Shown here in pieces: positions 61,811-64,000 of a stretch of 64,000 nucleotides of DNA. The notes under the pieces are model-generated. The model was not told the origin of the DNA. It ran no database searches and saw nothing but the letters and a program-made list of their open reading frames with translations. Position 1 is the first letter of the stretch, and every line of letters begins with the position of its first letter. Position numbers and translations under genes: made by a program. Source of the DNA: an uncultured Actinomycetota bacterium (GTDB lineage: Bacteria; Actinomycetota; Actinomycetes; S36-B12; UBA10799); assembly GCA_963733395.1 (NCBI GenBank), contig CAVTCZ010000009.1, forward strand, positions 166,245 through 230,244, read 5' to 3'.

Positions 61811-63532
61811 ATGTCAGGACCTTCTCCTAGCGTCGGGAACGTGTCCGTCGCCCCTTGGCCGTTGCCGCGAGGTCCAGCCCAGCTGAATCTCGACTTCGAC
61901 GGCACCGCCCTGGCCGAGACCACGTTCTGCGTCGTCGATCTCGAAACCACCGGTGGCAGCCCCACCGACGGGCGGATCACCGAGATCGGGGCCGTCAAGG
62001 TCCGCGCCGGCGAGGTCCTCGGGGAGTTCCAGACGTTCGTCGATCCCGGGCGACCGATTCCACCGTTCATCACCGTGCTCACCGGCATCACCGGTCGCAT
62101 GGTGGCCGCCGCCCCGTCCGAGGACGTGGCAGTCCCCCTGCTGCTCGACTTCCTCGCCGGAAGTGTCTTCGTGGCCCACAACGCCCCCTACGACTCGGGC
62201 TTCCTGCGGGCCGCATGCGAGCGGCTCGGGATCGCGTGGCCGAACCCGCAGGTGATCGACACGGCCCGGCTCGCCCGTTCTTCGCTGGGTCGCGACGAGG
62301 TGGCCAACCACAAGCTGGCGACTCTCGCGGCCTTCTTCCGGGCCGAGGTCACACCCACCCACCGCGCACTCGATGATGCCCGCGCCACCGTCGACGTGCT
62401 GCACGGGCTGCTCGAGCGGCTCGGCGCCGTGGGCGTGTTGACCCTGGAGGAGTTGTCGGCATCGATGCGCAAAGTGCCGCATCAGCGCCGGGACAAGCGG
62501 CATCTGGCCGACCGCCTCCCGGAGGCCGCCGGGGTCTACACGTTCCGGGACTCCGACGACCGCCCGCTCTACGTGGGGGTCTCCGCTGATATCCGCCGAC
62601 GGGTGCGGTCCTACTTCACCAGCGCGGAGCAACGCCCCCGGATGACGGAGATGGTCGGCATCGCTGCCTCCGTCACGGCGATCGTCTGCGCGACGGATCT
62701 CGAGGCGAGGGTGCGGGAACTACGCCTGATCGCCGAATGGAAACCCCCCTACAACCGGCGTTCCCGGCATCCGGAGAAGAACGTCTGGCTGAAGTTGACC
62801 GACGAGGCCTTTCCGCGGCTGTCTGTGGTGCGGGCGGTGGCCGATGACGAGTCCCGCGGTTCGGCGTACCTGGGCCCGTTCCGTTCCCGCTCCGATGCGC
62901 AGGAGGCGATCGCCGCCCTCACGGAGGCGACGGGGTTGCGGGCTTGCACCCAGAAGCTGCGGCCCGGAATCAGCGCCCCCGATTGTGTGCTCGGGCAGAT
63001 CGGCAAGTGCCCGGCGCCCTGCTCGGGCCGGTTGACCCCGGAGCAGTACGCGCCGTCGGTGGCACAGGTCCGGCGCGCAGCGCTCGGCGATCCCGGCCCG
63101 GTGGACAGCGCCTTGCGCCAGCGGATGGCTGCCTTGTCGGAGCAACAGCGGTTCGAGCAGGCCGCCACCTGGCGCAACCGCCTGGAGGCAGCCCGCCACG
63201 GCATCGAGTCGGCGACACAGTTGCGGGCCTTCGGCCAGATCCCGGAGTTGGTCGCCGCCCGCAGCCGTTCCGGAGGCTGGGACATCCATGTCATCCGCCA
63301 CGGCCGGATGGCCGCGGCGGCGTTCTGCCCGGCCAACGCCGATGCCCGGGCGGTGGTGGAGACCGTGGTGCTGGGCGCGGAGCAGGTGCTGCCGCCTCCC
63401 CCGCCCACAACATCCGCGTTGATCGCCGAGAGCCGGATGCTCATGCGGTGGCTCGAGTCGGCCCGGCTGGTGCGGATCGAAGGGTCCTGGACCCTGCCAC
63501 TGCCGGGTCTCAGGCCCGCAACTCCCGGGTGA
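61811..63532 (+). CDS. DEDDh 3'-5' exonuclease domain fused to a GIY-YIG nuclease domain (Rv2191-like)
   Basis: Exo motifs VVDLETTG, FVAHNAPYDSGFL and HRALDDA, then GVYTFRDSDDRPLYVGVSADIRRRVRSYF (GIY-YIG). The start is uncertain (ATG 61811 or the track start 61793). Confidence 0.8.
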   Translation: MSGPSPSVGNVSVAPWPLPRGPAQLNLDFDGTALAETTFCVVDLETTGGSPTDGRITEIGAVKVRAGEVLGEFQTFVDPGRPIPPFITVLTGITGRMVAAAPSEDVAVPLLLDFLAGSVFVAHNAPYDSGFLRAACERLGIAWPNPQVIDTARLARSSLGRDEVANHKLATLAAFFRAEVTPTHRALDDARATVDVLHGLLERLGAVGVLTLEELSASMRKVPHQRRDKRHLADRLPEAAGVYTFRDSDDRPLYVGVSADIRRRVRSYFTSAEQRPRMTEMVGIAASVTAIVCATDLEARVRELRLIAEWKPPYNRRSRHPEKNVWLKLTDEAFPRLSVVRAVADDESRGSAYLGPFRSRSDAQEAIAALTEATGLRACTQKLRPGISAPDCVLGQIGKCPAPCSGRLTPEQYAPSVAQVRRAALGDPGPVDSALRQRMAALSEQQRFEQAATWRNRLEAARHGIESATQLRAFGQIPELVAARSRSGGWDIHVIRHGRMAAAAFCPANADARAVVETVVLGAEQVLPPPPPTTSALIAESRMLMRWLESARLVRIEGSWTLPLPGLRPATPG

Positions 63533-64000
63533 CCTCGACCCACCGTTCCAGCAGTGCGGCTGCGGCACCGGAGTCCAAGGCCCGCGTGACCCGGTTCACG
63601 CCGTCGGCGATCCGGACGGAGAGCTCCAGGTCCGGGTCGCCGACCGCAGCCCACGCCGCCCAGGCTGCGGCGGCGTTGGCGATGACCACGTCCCGGACCG
63701 GCCCCCCGCCGCCGCCGAGGACCTCGCGGGCCAGTTCGGCGTTTCGGGTGGCATCCCCACCCCGCAGCGCCGACAACGGGGAACGCGCCACTCCGAAGGA
63801 TTCCGGGGTGAACTGGGTGGTCGTGACTCTGGGGCCGGTGGCATCCCAGACCGATGTGGGTCCTTCGGTGCTGATCTCGTCCAGGCCGTCGAGTCCGCGC
63901 ACCACCAACGCCCGCACCCCCTGCTCCCGCAGAACGTCGGCCATCACCTTGGCCATGGGTTCGAAAGCACAGCCGACCAGGGCCGCGGCCGGCCGTGCGG
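63510..64000 (-). CDS. trpD: Anthranilate phosphoribosyltransferase (3' part; the 5' end runs off the right edge)
   Basis: The C-terminal sequence ...LVVRGLDGLDEISTEGPTSVWD...ALRGGDATRNAE...ANAAAAWAAW is a TrpD pattern. The frame stays open to the window edge. Confidence 0.8.
   Translation of the reverse strand, partial: ARPAAALVGCAFEPMAKVMADVLREQGVRALVVRGLDGLDEISTEGPTSVWDATGPRVTTTQFTPESFGVARSPLSALRGGDATRNAELAREVLGGGGGPVRDVVIANAAAAWAAWAAVGDPDLELSVRIADGVNRVTRALDSGAAAALLERWVEVTRELRA

Overview
64 kb of high-GC (roughly 70%) actinobacterial chromosome. Gene order is collinear, from memory, with the Mycobacterium tuberculosis Rv2151c-Rv2192c region. It starts with a complete minus-strand dcw cluster (mraZ-rsmH-ftsL-ftsI-murE-murF-mraY-murD-ftsW-murG-murC-ftsQ, 1-13.8 kb). 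This is followed by a DUF3040 protein, MTHFR, a prenyl synthase, an MptA-like mannosyltransferase, a Ser/Thr kinase, class II DAHP synthase, AGPAT, SRPBCC proteins, a FadD15-like ligase, a GT87 mannosyltransferase, PimB-like GT4, a RipC-like NlpC/P60 protein, a DEDDh/GIY-YIG nuclease and trpD. Accessory blocks are interleaved: a multi-PAS GGDEF cyclase, an MFS+GH2 pair, an LLM oxidoreductase, a dehalogenase-like hydrolase, a split carotenoid cluster (crtE, crtI, crtB, crtYc/Yd-like, crtD-like, CruF-like, GT2), a NarL-type two-component system and a CoA-transferase. The best candidate for an undescribed system is a tightly packed four-gene operon at 17.2-22.8 kb: small DUF6504-like protein, small HEPN-like protein, DnaE2-type Pol III alpha, and catalytically intact DinB. 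Its promoter combines a mycobacterial RecA-NDp/PafBC-type motif with a perfect LexA box, and a second near-perfect LexA box lies 56 bp away. It looks like an SOS mutasome with no ImuA'/ImuB gene in this operon. Non-coding sequence holds three related families of intergenic repeats sharing a CAAC-GTCGT/GTGAC core: a ~177-bp MITE-like element in 3 copies, a ~60-bp hairpin in 2 copies, and a 670-bp repeat-dense region upstream of the ripC-like operon. Three genes (mraY, the GGDEF gene, the GT87 gene) each have a net +1 nt frameshift. The RipC-like protein has Ala in place of the NlpC/P60 catalytic Cys. All calls rest on reading the supplied ORF translations and sequence by eye; no database search was possible.
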